NCBI RefSeq assembly: GCF_001194135.2
Contig: NC_068989.1
Coordinates: 19,260,064-19,324,063 of the forward strand
Source: Octopus bimaculoides
Lineage: Eukaryota
Direction of reading: 5' to 3'
DNA: 64,000 nt
Both the position numbers and the translations under genes were made by a program. Below, one piece after another: positions 26,063-39,849 of the stretch (positions are counted from its first letter, which is position 1; every line of letters starts with the position of its first letter). Below the pieces are notes generated by a model. The model saw only the letters and a program-made list of their open reading frames with translations, had not been told where the DNA came from and ran no database searches.

Positions 26063-29000
26063 GTTAGTATATTACATATTTTTCTGTGCTTCTGTGCGTT
26101 AGTATTTTTCGGTGTGTTAGTATTTCTTCATATTTTTTATTTCATATATTTTTGGGACTCATTGTCTCAGATAGCTGGATTTATGATTTCACTAGGTTAA
26201 TTCTGTTCTTAAAATTTTAAATTAGGAGTATTTCTTAAACCGTTAGCTTCACATTTCAACAGCTTAACTGAAATTTAGCCCACATAACAGAAACTGAGGA
26301 GGGATATCATGGAACAGAGAAACTGGGGGTGATACAGATAATTTGACATTATTTTTGAATTCTGTTTGCAAAAAAATTTGAGGTAAATTCTTTTTTGACT
26401 AGTGTTATTCTTATCATAGCTTACAAACTCAAGCTTGACTACGTTACTCAACTTTGGAGTTTTGGAGACAGACACCCTCTTCACACACACATGAATGCAT
26501 AAATGTACATATAAACTTATATATGAATACATACATCCTCATGCACTTATATATTAATGATGTACACAAATATATGACAGGTATGCATAATACTAAAATA
26601 TGCATAAAGTAAACACATGCAGACAAATATATTCATATAACAAATTTAAAAAATAATAACGCCATACAATCAATGAAGAGACAAAAGAAACAGTAAAATG
26701 ATACATGTTGATTTTATTAGGTATTTCTGTTCATTTAGAAACCTACAATGAACAGGTCAGACACTAAACTCTAAATTCCACAGGGTGCAACCTTAAAGTT
26801 GACACTGCTCTGCTAAATGCAGAAAATTTCTGTCTCACTATTGGCTAAAAATATACAGTTTTTTCGATATTTAAACCTCTGTAACTTTTTTTCTTCAATT
26901 TTTTCTCCACAACATCATACCTTTAAAGCAACAAGACTGGAAAGCTACATTATTATAGCTGATTTTCAGATATTTTACTGTCTTTTAAAAAAGCCTATTT
27001 TGTAAATGAAAAAAACTAGATTCGATGTCTTTGATCATGGGGCTTCTTGATCCTGGCTGACTTGGGGGTTAAAAACAACATTACTTCATAGACACTGCTA
27101 ATGCAAGCAGTAAAGAGTTGAACACCACAAATTTCTATTCCCCTCATTATTAATATCAACATCATTTAACATCTGTTTTCCATGGTGGCATGGATTGGAC
27201 AGATTGACAGGTGCTGGTAAGGCCAGAAGCCACACCAGATTCCATAGTCTGTTTTGGCTTGGTTTCTATAAATTGATGCCTTTCCTAATGCCAACCACTT
27301 TACAGAATGTGAATTGGGTGGGCACCATCACCAGTAATTTTTATGTCACACCAGCACCAGTGCTTTTTGTGTGGCTTATGACCAAGCAGGCTTCTGTATG
27401 GTTGCTTCGCTCGCCAGAAACAGCAACTGCTGTCTAAAAAAATAAAAAAGAGTAAAACCCATTGAATAATGTTGTTGTCCAACATGTGTATTTCTTTAGT
27501 TTGTTTTAACAAACATGGCTCCATCCTGAGGCCCTATACTAATCACTACACCCACAGAATGCCTGCCTTCTGGAATTCTCTCCTATCTTTCCTGCTGGTG
27601 TTGACACAAATGTTCACGAGGAAAATTAATAACATAAATCAGACTAGTCTAAGAAGATTTTATAAAGGCCATAGGCACTGCTTTTTTTATCCAGGTTGTA
27701 CAATTGTCAGTGAGGTGACTTTCTCAAGCATGGCAGAAAAGTAGAATATCACTGTAAACAATTGAAGCAGCAGGTGCTAGCCTGGGTGAAGCCAAATTGG
27801 AGACCAGCTACAGATGGAGGATATGGACCAACTTGAGAGATGCAAATCATTGCAGATCCAAATTTTCCTCAGATGCTACCAGAGAGCACTATATCCATAT
27901 CTTTGAACAAGCCAATTTCATGGATACTGTCCTTTACAAAGAAGAGAGAGAGAGAGCTCTTTTAGCCCTGGAAAGTGAAAAAAAAAAAAAGAAAATTACT
28001 CTGTAAACATGGCTACCAATAACAGACCCTCTGTGTGGTCACTCAACTTGCTAGAAATAGCAACTAAATATCCATCAAACTATGCCATACTGTCTTAAAT
28101 ATAGAAAAGACACATTGTATATATAATGTAGTCTAACACTTCCCTAAAAAGATGGAATGGTCAAAGCTTGAATACATTTTATTGTAGATCTATACTGGAT
28201 CACGTCTCTGACCTGGGGCTAAAGAACACCAGTGTGATAGTCTCTGTAGTAAACAAGAACTGACATTTCTGACACTGCATCCACGTGTGAGCTGTCTTTA
28301 CAGGCTGAAAGCTTGCATTGTTGTGATGTCTCAAAACTCTCTTTCATCCTACAACCTGCCAGCATCTCAATTCAATTTTTGTATTGTTGTATAATACAAA
28401 GGATTATTACATCTTTTTGCTGGTGAGACTGACAAGCAGATGTCTACAACTTAGTGCAGACAACTATTACAAAGGACTTCATTTCAAAGGAACCAGATTT
28501 TTGCCTTTTTTTTTTTCTTTGCTGTTTGCTTCATAGATTATATATCAATAAAAGATACACACATGCATACATGAATATGCATATGCACACACATATTTAT
28601 AGGATAAAAATCAAATGGGATATGAAAGCAACAGAAAAGACAATAAAATAAATCTCTCATCAGCCATGGGGACTGGAATCAGTGTATTTTCAGCATATTT
28701 AAAATCAGAAAGCTTTAATTTCATGCTAGTACTCCACTGGATGTGCCAATGATTGTAAATATCACTGAAGTGGAGGACATTACAAAGAAAAAGAAAGAAA
28801 AAACAACTTAAAACAATGAAGATTATATCATACAAGAGTGACAGAGAATTATGGACACATTCGTGTAATACCGTTCAGCAAAAAAGACAGCAGTCTTTTG
28901 ACAGGGCATGGAGAACAACAAACTCACCAAAAGGGTACAAGCACAAAGGAAAATAGAAATATGCCTGACATTGTAGTACCCATGAAATCATAGATGTGGC

Positions 29001-29299
29001 TGTTGCTGGTAGCATGATCTCTCAAATGCTGTGCCTCAGAGAGGCAATGATAAGTGACCGAGACCTTTGGCAATGCTGTGCTGAGAAGCCTTGTCAAATC
29101 AAGTGAATCGTAGTCATAGTCGTGGCTGTTGCCGGTGTCATGGAAATGGCACCCATTACACTTTTGGAGTGGTTGGTGTCAGGAAGGGTATCCAACTGTA
29201 GAAACTATGTCAAATCAGACTGGAACCTGGTGCAGCTCCCTGGCTCACCAGTTCCAGTCAAACCATCTAACCAATGCTAGCATGGAAAGTGAACATTAA

Positions 29300-29332
<33 letters not shown>

Positions 29333-30713
29333 GCTATACAAACATAAAGGAAGGCCCACAACACCTTGAGCAAATGCCCTATCTATTCTCAAATTGCCCA
29401 TCTTCAAAATATTGGCCAACTTGAGGATATAGCAGGCCATTTACCCAAGTTGCAGTGTAGTGAGATATGAAATCTGAAATTCTGTGGTTGTGAAGTGGTC
29501 TTAACTACACAGCTATACCTTAACCTTTGGTTCTTTAGCGTCATATATATGGTTAAACCTCTTTGACATAATATATATATATATGGTTAAATCTGTTGAT
29601 AAGTTATAATTATTCTCTTCCAGCTTTTTGTGGATTGCTCTTTTTATTTTTGGTTCTCTTATCAGTAGTGGTTTACCAGCTCAACTGTCATTAATTGTGC
29701 TTTTATCATTTTTGCTGTCATTATTGTTGTTTAGGGGTTCAACTTTAATCAACACTCCCTTTACTAACCCCTTTTTGCCAAAGAAACAGTTTTCAGTTCA
29801 CACCATTGTAACTGACTCTGACTCTACTATAAATTGCTCTACTGTAACTGACTGCCATATGACTGGCCCTGCTTTGGCTAAAACACTTTCCACAACCAGT
29901 TCTGCTCTAACTCTACCATAACTAATTGTTCTATTACTGACTCTGTTATCAATTCTGCTATGACTCACATGTAAGTTATCCTGTTATAAGTGATTCTGCT
30001 ATAACCAATTTTAATTTAAACCTCTATATTTTAATCATGTCATTAAAGTTTGATATAAGTAAAGGCATTTTTTTACAATTTTTTTTAAGAGCTGATCTCT
30101 AAATGCTGAGCAATACAACTTCTATATCTGCTTAATTTCAACAAATAGCTAAGTCATTGCCATGGTACTAGCAAGGGACGCAGTCAGATTATTAAAACTT
30201 CTTTTAAACGTGTGTGTGTGTGTGTGTGTGTGTGTAAGGATCTGTCTATGTACATAGACACCTCAAAAGTAAATAGATACCGTTATTTTTTTTAAAGATT
30301 TGTTGCTAGACACAAAATAATCTCATTTCGATGCATTTAAATACTTAATCTAGTAAATATGCCTTGTGCAGTTTTTAATTATTTAACTCATTTGGGCCTC
30401 CTACTAATGAGTGATGTCCACGCAGATAATGAGGTTTTTCTTTTACTTTTGAGATGTCAGTGTAAGCATTGACCCAGTTAATACCTTATGGTGTTGTGTG
30501 TGTGTGTGTGTGTGTGCACTTAGGGTACTTTTTCTATGTGCATGTACACAGTCCACTGAAATATTGTCTTGTGTGTCCCCTTCAGATGGTGTCTGTGTTT
30601 GTATGGGTGTGCGTGTTTGTGAAGATTTGTGGTTCTTCAGAGAAGATGGAGACATATGTATTATTCTGCTATGTGGAAATGGGAGAGAAAGAGTTAATGA
30701 ACAAGGGAGAATT

Positions 30714-30780
<67 letters not shown>

Positions 30781-30790
30781 NNNNNNNNNN

Positions 30791-30838
<48 letters not shown>

Positions 30839-31135
30839 TAGAAAGAGATACATTATGTGAGTGCAAAGAGAGTGAAAGTGTTGGCTGTGTATGTGAACCT
30901 GTTTGGACAGGCAGTCAGTAATCATACTGACAGTGGTCAAACTCATGGATTCATTCATTTTTATGATCTTCCTTTTTCATAACATTTCTTCAACTGTAAT
31001 TCCTGTAACTAAAGATATACAGAAAAATAAAACAGTGCAATTAACAACAACAACACTATTTACTACAAAGATGTTATCACTGTTTTATTATTATTATCAT
31101 TATCATTATTATAATGATAATAATAATAATAATAA

Positions 31136-31197
<62 letters not shown>

Positions 31198-31769
31198 GAG
31201 TGATAGAGCAGAGCATGCAATCAAAGTGAAACTGGGGTAAAATATATGAAGCCTAGTATACCCATCATAATTACCCATCTGATAAGGGTACACAAGGCAT
31301 ATGCATCACAACTATATGTGCGAGACATGGTGAACTCTTATCAAGATAAATTACACATGACCTTGCAGGTGGGGGCCCAGTTAGAATTTTCTTCAGATCG
31401 AGTAGCCCATCCTGCTCAAAAGGTCCCTGAATAAAGGTTGTTTAAGGATGTTGAACGAAACACCTATGTTTCCAGAGGTGAATTATTCAAACCCCAAAGA
31501 ATTCCTCTCAACACATCGCTATGATGCTCCCCCACTGCTTCTGCTCATAATCAGAGATGCACATATCGTCAGCCACCAAGGGACATGCTCAACTGGTTAC
31601 GGTCAAACAACTGACAAGCAAATCTGTGGTATTAAGCAGAATATTTGCTGTAGCACATCTTTGATACCATGACAAAACAATGTACATAATAACACTTCCA
31701 ATCAGTTAAGATGAGAAGCCATGAAAGCCCACTGCCTGTTACTGCATTAGCACAGATTTTATTATTATC

Positions 31770-32760
31770 ATTATTGTTGTTGTTGTTGCTGTTGTTGTTG
31801 CTGTTGTTGTTGTTGTTGTTTAAGATATTACACACTATCCAATGCTATGATGTTGTTGATTGAAGATATTGTCTATTGGGGGTTTGTATTGTTTGTCAAG
31901 TCCCAACAAGGGTCTCAGACAGACAGTACTTTATGCAACATGTGTGCAGTTCCAAGTAATGCCGATTTTTGAAAGTCACCTAGATTATAGGGTATTTCTA
32001 AAGTTTCTAGATGGTTCTTCAGGTTGGGTGGTAGTGAACCCAATGCTCCAATGACAATAGGGATCACCTTTATGTTTGACTCTCGTAGCTGCTACACCTT
32101 GGTGATCTCAATTCTCAGGTCTCCATATTTATCAATCGTTTCTCTTTCTTTCATGATAGTATGTTGATCTCCTGGCACTGCCACATTGAGTATTAGGCAC
32201 TCCTGTTTGTCTCTCCTAAAGGTTACTATATCTGGCCTTCAGTGCTCTAACACTTTGTCTGGAAGTCAAAGTCCCTGAGGATTTTTGCCTTCCCCTTTTC
32301 ATCCATTACCTTCTCTAGTGTATGTTGGTACCAAGCACCCGTTACCTCATATCCATACTTTTGGCATAGCAGCCAGTGGAGGTTTTGCACTACCTTGTTG
32401 TGTCTGCACTTGTACTCTTTCTGTGCAAGACTTTCACAAACACTAACAATGTGAGTCATGCTTTCAACCCTCTTCCCACACATTCTGCAGAAGTCCATTG
32501 CACTTATGTAGTATATACCCTTTTTCACTGAATTGGTATTCAATGCCTGATCCTGGGCAATGATGATTAGGCTTTCAAGGTATCCTCCATGAGCCACCTC
32601 CATCATGCCTCCTGGTCTTTTAAGTTGTTAGTTTCACGGTGGAATTGGCCATGTAATTCTATGTGGATAGAGTTTCTTCTCTCTCATTGTCTATTCATGA
32701 TCAGAATTCATTAGCACTCTCAAGTCCATTTTTGGTAAATCCTTCTGCATTAGCAGCATA
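31770..32760 (-). mobile_element. R4/Dong-clade non-LTR retrotransposon 3' portion (zinc knuckle and restriction-like endonuclease)
   Basis: ESLIIIAQDQALNTN...CRMC...ESMTHIVSVCESLAQKEYKCRHNKV..LHWLLC...WYQH...KILRDFDFQT, then RRPDIV..., VIPIVIGALG, GTAHMLHKVLSV*, then an (AAC/AAT)n tail. Contains stops and frameshifts. Confidence 0.85.
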
Positions 32761-32827
32761 GTGGGTCTTGTTTGCTGTTTACCAAATATTCTGCCATGTT
32801 TCTTCTTTCACTGTTGATGTACTCCCA

Positions 32828-33175
<348 letters not shown>

Positions 33176-33196
33176 TTATTATTATTATCATCATTA

Positions 33197-33239
<43 letters not shown>

Positions 33240-33240
<1 letters not shown>

Positions 33241-33552
33241 AAAAAAAGAAAAAAAAAAGGTAATGTAAAAGGAGAAAGGGCTCTATACCCCTTTCTTATT
33301 TTTTCTGACCAGGCTCCCGTGGTTTTATGGGTTTTTCCACGTGTAACCTTTCCTTTTTCGAAGCGCCTCCCCCTTTGGGAGTTCTATTTATTTATTTATC
33401 TATTTATTTATTATATCTTTCTCCGTTTTCTTCCTCCGTTTAGATGAACTTTCCTACCTTTTCGGACAAAACCTTTTGTAACCTTCGTCCTGTCTTTGTC
33501 CTTACATGTTTTTATTTGATATTAGCCCTTGTGGCCAATAAAACGAATTAAT
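33240..33552 (+). mobile_element. 3' end of a LINE-like element ending GGCCAATAAAACGAATTA-(ATT)n
   Basis: 33386-33552 is a near-identical reverse complement of 21119-21280; polyA-signal-like AATAAA before the tail. Confidence 0.6.
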
Positions 33553-33618
33553 TATCATTATTATTATTATTATTATTTTAATGAGACAAAAAAAAAAACA
33601 TCTCATTTTTTCGAACAG

Positions 33619-33761
33619 GGCCTTGGAAATCTATGACAAACATGGAATTCCCAAGAGTGAAATCCTGAAAGAACAACACAAGCCAGTTGGGTTAGATGCA
33701 ATCAGTGGCCCACTTCGTTATCCGAAGAGCTGTATATTTTGGATCCAGTGTGATCAAGAAG
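33619..33761 (+). CDS. TRIT1: TRIT1 internal exon: (R)ALEIYDKHGIPKSEILKEQHKPVGLDAISGPLRYPKSCIFWIQCDQE
   Basis: Acceptor ttttttcgaacag|, donor G|GTATTA. Phase 2 start completes the AG|G Arg codon of the previous exon. Aligns to the recalled human segment SLQVFEETGISHSEFL...GGPLKFSNPCILWLHADQ. Confidence 0.9.
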
Positions 33762-34219
33762 GTATTATATTTTATTACAGAGCAAATAGCCATGCTTCCA
33801 TACAGTTGTTATAGTTGATTTACCACCGAAACAAGTATCCATTTTCACATGCTCCCTCTTCTGTTACTTATTTATCTTTTTTTCTCTGGTTTTGGTTTGC
33901 TTAAGCTGTTATTTGTTAACCTATTATGCAATGAGCCATGACAAAAGGGGCTGTCATTTAACAAAGATGATTTACATTTGGAGTAAGGCCATAAACTTTG
34001 CAGGCATGGCTGTGTGGTTGAAAAGTTTACTTTGCAGACATGTGGTTTCAAGTTCAGTCCCATTACATAGCAAGCTGGGAATAGCCAACCAATGCCTTTT
34101 GAGTGCATTTGATTGTCAGAAACAATAGTAATTCCATTGTGTGTGTGTGTAAATGTGTATGAATGTCAATATCTTGCTTGTTTCCAGTTGAGTGACATTA
34201 CGACTCATTGCTCTACTCT

Positions 34220-34585
34220 CTTTTACTCTTTTACTTGTTTCAGTCATTTGACTGCGGCCATGCTGGAGCACTGCCTTTAGTCGAGCAAATCAACCCCAGG
34301 ACTTATTCTTTTTCAGCCTAGTACTTATTCTATCGGTCTCTTTTGCTGAACCGCTAAGTTACAGGGACATAAACACACCAGCATCACTTGTCAAGCGATG
34401 TTGGGGGGACAAACACAGACACACAAACATATACATGCACATGCATATATACACATATATACGACAGGCTTCTTTCAGTCTCCGTCTACCAAATCCACTC
34501 ACAAGGCTTTGGTTGGCTCGAGGCTATAGTAGAAGACACTTGCCCAAGGTACCACGCAGTGGGACTGAACCCGGAACCATGTGTT
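34220..34585 (-). mobile_element. SINE family A, running into a gap
   Basis: Consensus match. Confidence 0.85.
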
Positions 34586-35044
34586 NNNNNNNNNNNNNNN
34601 NNNNNNNNNNNNNNNNNNNNNNNNNNNNNNNNNNNNNNNNNNNNNNNNNNNNNNNNNNNNNNNNNNNNNNNNNNNNNNNNNNNNNNNNNNNNNNNNNNNN
34701 NNNNNNNNNNNNNNNNNNNNNNNNNNNNNNNNNNNNNNNNNNNNNNNNNNNNNNNNNNNNNNNNNNNNNNNNNNNNNNNNNNNNNNNNNNNNNNNNNNNN
34801 NNNNNNNNNNNNNNNNNNNNNNNNNNNNNNNNNNNNNNNNNNNNNNNNNNNNNNNNNNNNNNNNNNNNNNNNNNNNNNNNNNNNNNNNNNNNNNNNNNNN
34901 NNNNNNNNNNNNNNNNNNNNNNNNNNNNNNNNNNNNNNAAGTTAGTGTTGGTGACAGAAAGAGCATCTGGGGCTGTATAAATCTTACTTCAAAATCAATT
35001 CCCATCCAAGCTAATGCTAGCATGGAAAAAAATAGATATTAAAT

Positions 35045-35400
35045 GAACAGTTTACTTCCTCCCCAAAATCCACAAACCTAACAACCCTGGCCACCCCACC
35101 GTCTCCGCTTGCAACTGCCCCACTCATCTCCAGATATCTTGACTGTATCCTTGCCCCCCCCCACTAGTGGCTCCCCTCTCCTCTCACATCCATGACACCA
35201 GCCATGTGCTTCATTTGTTCAGCTCTTTCTTCTTACCTCTTGGCCCCTCTAAACTTCTCGTCACTCTTGACAGCCAGAGCCTTTACACAGTGATCCCTCA
35301 CCACAAGGGGCTGTGTGCACTCCAACATTTCCTTGACCTTCGACCCAACCCCCAACCTAACACATCCACACTCATTCAACTGCTTCTCATTCGAGGGTGA
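35045..35400 (+). mobile_element. Penelope-like element reverse transcriptase fragment
   Basis: PNNPG.P.VSACNCPT.LIS.YLD.IL...SHIHDTSH...KLLVTLDSQSLYTVIPHHKGLCALQHFL matches the PLE RT motif LxTxDVxSLYTxIP. Confidence 0.8.
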
Positions 35401-35614
35401 TTTTTACCCCCTCCCTTCATTGTCACTCCTCCCTTGTAACCCTACCCCTACACAATCCAACCCCNNNNNNNNNNNNNNNNNNNNNNNNNNNNNNNNNNNN
35501 NNNNNNNNNNNNNNNNNNNNNNNNNNNNNNNNNNNNNNNNNNNNNNNNNNNNNNNNNNNNNNNNNNNNNNNNNNNNNNNNNNNNNNNNNNNNNNNNNNNN
35601 NNNNNNNNNNNNNN

Positions 35615-35850
35615 NTATATATATGTGTGTGTGTGGTGTGTGTGTTTGTGTGTGTGTCTGTGTTTGTCCCCCACTACTGCTTGACAACTGGTGGTGGTGT
35701 GTTTACATCTCTGTAACTTAACAGTTTGGCAAAAGAGACCAATAGAATAAATACTAGGCTTCAAAAAGTAAGATTTGTTTGACTAAGACCGTTCAAGGCA
35801 GTGCTCCAGCATGGCTGCAGCCAAATCACTGAAACAAGTAAAAAGTTTTA
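35615..35850 (+). mobile_element. SINE family A 3' half after a gap
   Basis: Consensus match. Confidence 0.75.
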
Positions 35851-36084
35851 AAAAGAAGGTAATCCCTTGAATTTTGAGAGGAGCAAACCACCCATGTGAT
35901 GGGAATGGTGTGCAAAAGTAGTTATTATATTCCTCCTAAACAAAATTTCTCTTGGAGGTCCTACTTTTGAAAGAATAGTAATACTTGCATTCGTAGAACA
36001 AGTGGGTTTAATACATATTAATGGAGATTGTAAACTGACCAGTAAGTTGCTCTCTAATTGCTCAAATTACAGCAACAAACCAAC

Positions 36085-36249
36085 TTCACTGTTCTCAGCT
36101 TGCACCAAAATAACAGTTTGAACAAAAGCTATGACTAGCATTAATCGAAATATTAAGGGTAATGGACAAGTTGTAGTATCAATAAAGTCAGCAGTTTGTG
36201 ACAGGTGATAGTTTAGAAGCCAGGGCCCACAGCTGCTGAAAGAATAAAC
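36085..36249 (-). CDS. Putative antisense exon: VYSFSSCGPWLLNYHLSQTADFIDTTTCPLPLIFRLMLVIAFVQTVILVQAENSE
   Basis: Acceptor ttttttttccaacag|, donor GAA|GTTGGT; 55 open codons in phase 0. No homology recognised. Confidence 0.2.
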
Positions 36250-36779
36250 CTGTTGGAAAAAAAACCTTCTGTCTCACTGTTAATTTCATGTGACAGTGGT
36301 AGCTTTCTGTGATTCTGTTCCTCCTGTTTCTCTAATAGTTACCTGTTTCTCTCAATAAGTCATTATGCACTCCACCTCACACTTCCAATACCCTAACCCT
36401 TTCCCTCTTAACTTATCGCTCCATTCTTATTCTCTTTGAAAGTTACTTTGTCTCATTTAATCTGTCAAGGTGACCCTACTTTCTCCCATTTTTATTTCTC
36501 AACCTTTGCATTAAGCTCTGCCTTGGCTTTGTATCCCATATCCTCAGCTCTCCATTTTTATTCTTATTCTAACTAAAAAAAGAAACTTATAATTTCAAAT
36601 CATTCTTTTCTTGTTGATTCACACGACAGAATTTTCCTTAAAACCTTTGCTGGTTCTTGTGACTCATATAATGCTACAAAGTGGTTCATACCAAACAATA
36701 AAACATAAATTAAATTGTTTCACATCAACCCCACCACAATGAATACTTTTGGTGAAAAGCATTTGTATCACCACAACTC

Positions 36780-37166
36780 AGTGGAGGCGCAATGGCCCAG
36801 TGGTTAGGGCAGCGGACTCGCAGTCATAGGATCGCGGTTTCGATTCCCAGACCGGGCGTTGTGAGTGTTTATTGAGCGAAAACACCTAAAGCTCCACGAG
36901 GTTCCAGCAGGGGATGGTTGCGAACCCTGCTGTACTCTTTCGCCACAACTTTCTCTCACTCTTTCTTCCTGTTTCTGTTGTGCCTGTAATTCAAAGGGTC
37001 TGCCTTGTCACACTGTGTCATGCTGAATATCCCCAAGAATTACGTTAAGGGTACACTTGTCCGTGGAGTGCTCAGCCACTTGCACGTTAATTTCACGAGC
37101 AGGCTGTTCCGTTGATCGGATCAACTGGAACCCTTGACGTCGTAAGCGACGGAGTGCCAACAACAA
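36780..37166 (+). mobile_element. tRNA-derived SINE family B, full length
   Basis: TSD CACCACAACTC (36769-36779 / 37167-37177); (CAA)n tail. Confidence 0.93.
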
Positions 37167-37569
37167 CACCACAACTCATTTTCTGCTTTTATAAATCTGA
37201 GGACATATTTATCCACTATAAGCTTATAGTATGTTTGAAAAATTACAGAATTAATTCAACCTCCACCTCATTCCACCCCAGTTCTTGAGCGATTCAATAA
37301 AAATTCTCTGGAAAAAGACAATTGCAGAAACTACAAGGTAATAAATAAGGTTTGTTTGGATAAGGATGGTTTCTACTCTCTGCTCTTGTAGCTTGTTGAG
37401 CATTGAGCAAGTTAGGGATTATCTAGATAGCTCATGAAAACAATTTAAATCTTGCATTATGTGTTGAGATCAACAGAAGAGCTGAGGGAGAGACTTCAAT
37501 GGAAAAGTAAATGTAAATGTATAGGGTTCATCAAGGTTCTTTTCTAGTTATAATACTTGAGGAGTTCAG

Positions 37570-37975
37570 AACTCTTTTACTTGTTTCAGTCATTTGACTG
37601 TGGCCATACTGGAGCACCACCTTTAGTCGAGCAAATCGACCCCGGGACTTACACTTTGTAAGCCTACTACTTATTCTATCAGTCTCTTTTGCCAAACTGC
37701 TAAGTGACAGGGGCATTAAACACACCAGCATTGGTTGTCAAGCAATGCTAGGGGGACAAACACAGACACACAAACATACACACACACACACATATATATA
37801 TACATATATACGACAGGCTTCTTTCAGTTTCCGTCTACCAAATCCACTCACAAGGCTTTGGTCGGCCCGAGACTATAGTAGAAGACACTTGCCCAAGATG
37901 CCATGCAGTGGGACTGAACCCAGAACCATGTGGTTGGTAAGCAAGCTACTTACCACACAGCCACTCCTGCGCCTA
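37570..37975 (-). mobile_element. SINE family A
   Basis: Full length. Confidence 0.88.
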
Positions 37976-39849
37976 TATTCTAGGGAACAATTTTCTGTTG
38001 ATTATCTGGTTATCATATAAGAATTTGTTACAGAGTTGCAGAACTTCAGAGTAAGCTGCACATTTGGAAATTTGGTAAAAAATCAAAAAAAGCTAAAGAT
38101 CAACATAGTATATACTGGAATAGTTATTAGTAACAAGGAGTGAGTGCTTGCAGAAAACTTGTCTGCATGGTTCAGCAAACATCTATTTAGAAAATTTCTC
38201 AATTCAAAGTAAAGGACAGACATAAACAGCATAAAAGGACTTTTATAAGAGAAGGGGCAAAAATGGGCTTCTCATCCTAAACCACACTTACATCATCAAT
38301 ACTGCGTAACAAAAATAATTTTCTTGCAGAGGCACAAAACCAACAATTTTGAGGAAAGAGAACAATTATAGCATCGCTGTGTAGTTGAGATGTTTATTTT
38401 CAAATCACATGGCTTCAGGCTCAGTGACATTTTGTGGCACCTTGAGCAAGTGTTTTCTACAATAGCCCCAGACCAACCAAAGTCTTGTGAGTGGATTTAG
38501 TAGATGAGCACTAAAAGAAACCTGTCATATATTCTTAGATACTGTTAAGCAGTATACCACTGGTTATGACATATAACTGGTGAGAATGTTACTGTCGATT
38601 TTGTGCCAACTATTGTACTTGGCAAAATTATATCTATATGTAATCGACTTGTTCCCCTTCCCCAAAATTGCGGACCCTGTACCAAAATTTGAAATCAATG
38701 TTTGTGTGTGTGTTGGTGCTGCTTTGTCTTGCCATTGCATGCTTGTTGTCATTCATTTCCAAACTTCTGCAAGAACATGTCTGGCCATGGAGAAATATTA
38801 CTGTGCTTGGAAACAAGTGAGGTTTGGTGACAGGAAGATCATTCAGCTGTAGAAAATTTGCTTCAGTAAATTCTGTCCAACTTGTGCAAGTATGGAAAAA
38901 TAGATGGTAAAACAATGATGATATACTTTTGTTTTTTCTACTAAAAAATGATATACTTTATTTTATTGACCATGGAGTGGTGAAATGCAAATTTTAGCAT
39001 GCAGGATTTGAACTTAACACATATAATTATATGCTGCAATACATTTGTCATTCAACCAATTCTGGCAGTACAATGTCTTTGAGACAGCAGGTATTATTAA
39101 CATGTTTGTATGGAAAATAGTAAGTCATAGTTCATAGATAGGTGTTGTATTGAATATCTATCTCAACATTTAAATGTTATTGCAACATTGAAATTTAAAC
39201 TGCAATAACTATAACAGTAAGTGACAAGAAACAATTACAGATCCATATATGAGTGTTTATTCAGTAATGGAAACAACTGTTACGTGTGTGTGTGTGTGTT
39301 GATGTTACATTTTAGGTAAAGTTTTAGATAAAAACAATTGAACATTAAAATGAAGAATTACTCCATATATTGCAGATCAGTTCTAAGATGTAGCTCAAAA
39401 GAGTCGCAGAGATAACTGAAGGCATAGAAATGGATGATTTATGATATTGAATATGTGAGATAGATTTTTAAAGGACATGGTTCCAAGAGGAGGAGGAGGA
39501 GGAAGTCTCTGGTAGCATAAAGGCAGGATGAAATATGTGCAGATTCTAATATTATATGATTACAGCAGCTGAATAGTGCTAGTGTTAGTAGAGTTATAGG
39601 GGGATGAGTGTTAGAAAGATGAGATGCAGGGAATGCTTGACAGGGACAGATTGGGTGCAAGGGCAGGATTTGATGAGTGTTTATACATAATCATGTTTTT
39701 AGGGCCTCACTTTCAAAAAAATGGATGGGTCTTCTTGAGTATAGTGAATAGCCAATCATCTCAGTCTTTTGTCTTCTCCTCCATCAGGCTCAACCTCTTG
39801 AGATCATCATTCATAACTTCATCCCATGTCTTCCTGGATTTTCAAAATC

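Noticed and set aside
31200-31720. Repeat-like ~500-bp block after (TAT)n
   Set aside because: Only one copy in this window and no diagnostic ends, so it cannot be classified from this sequence.
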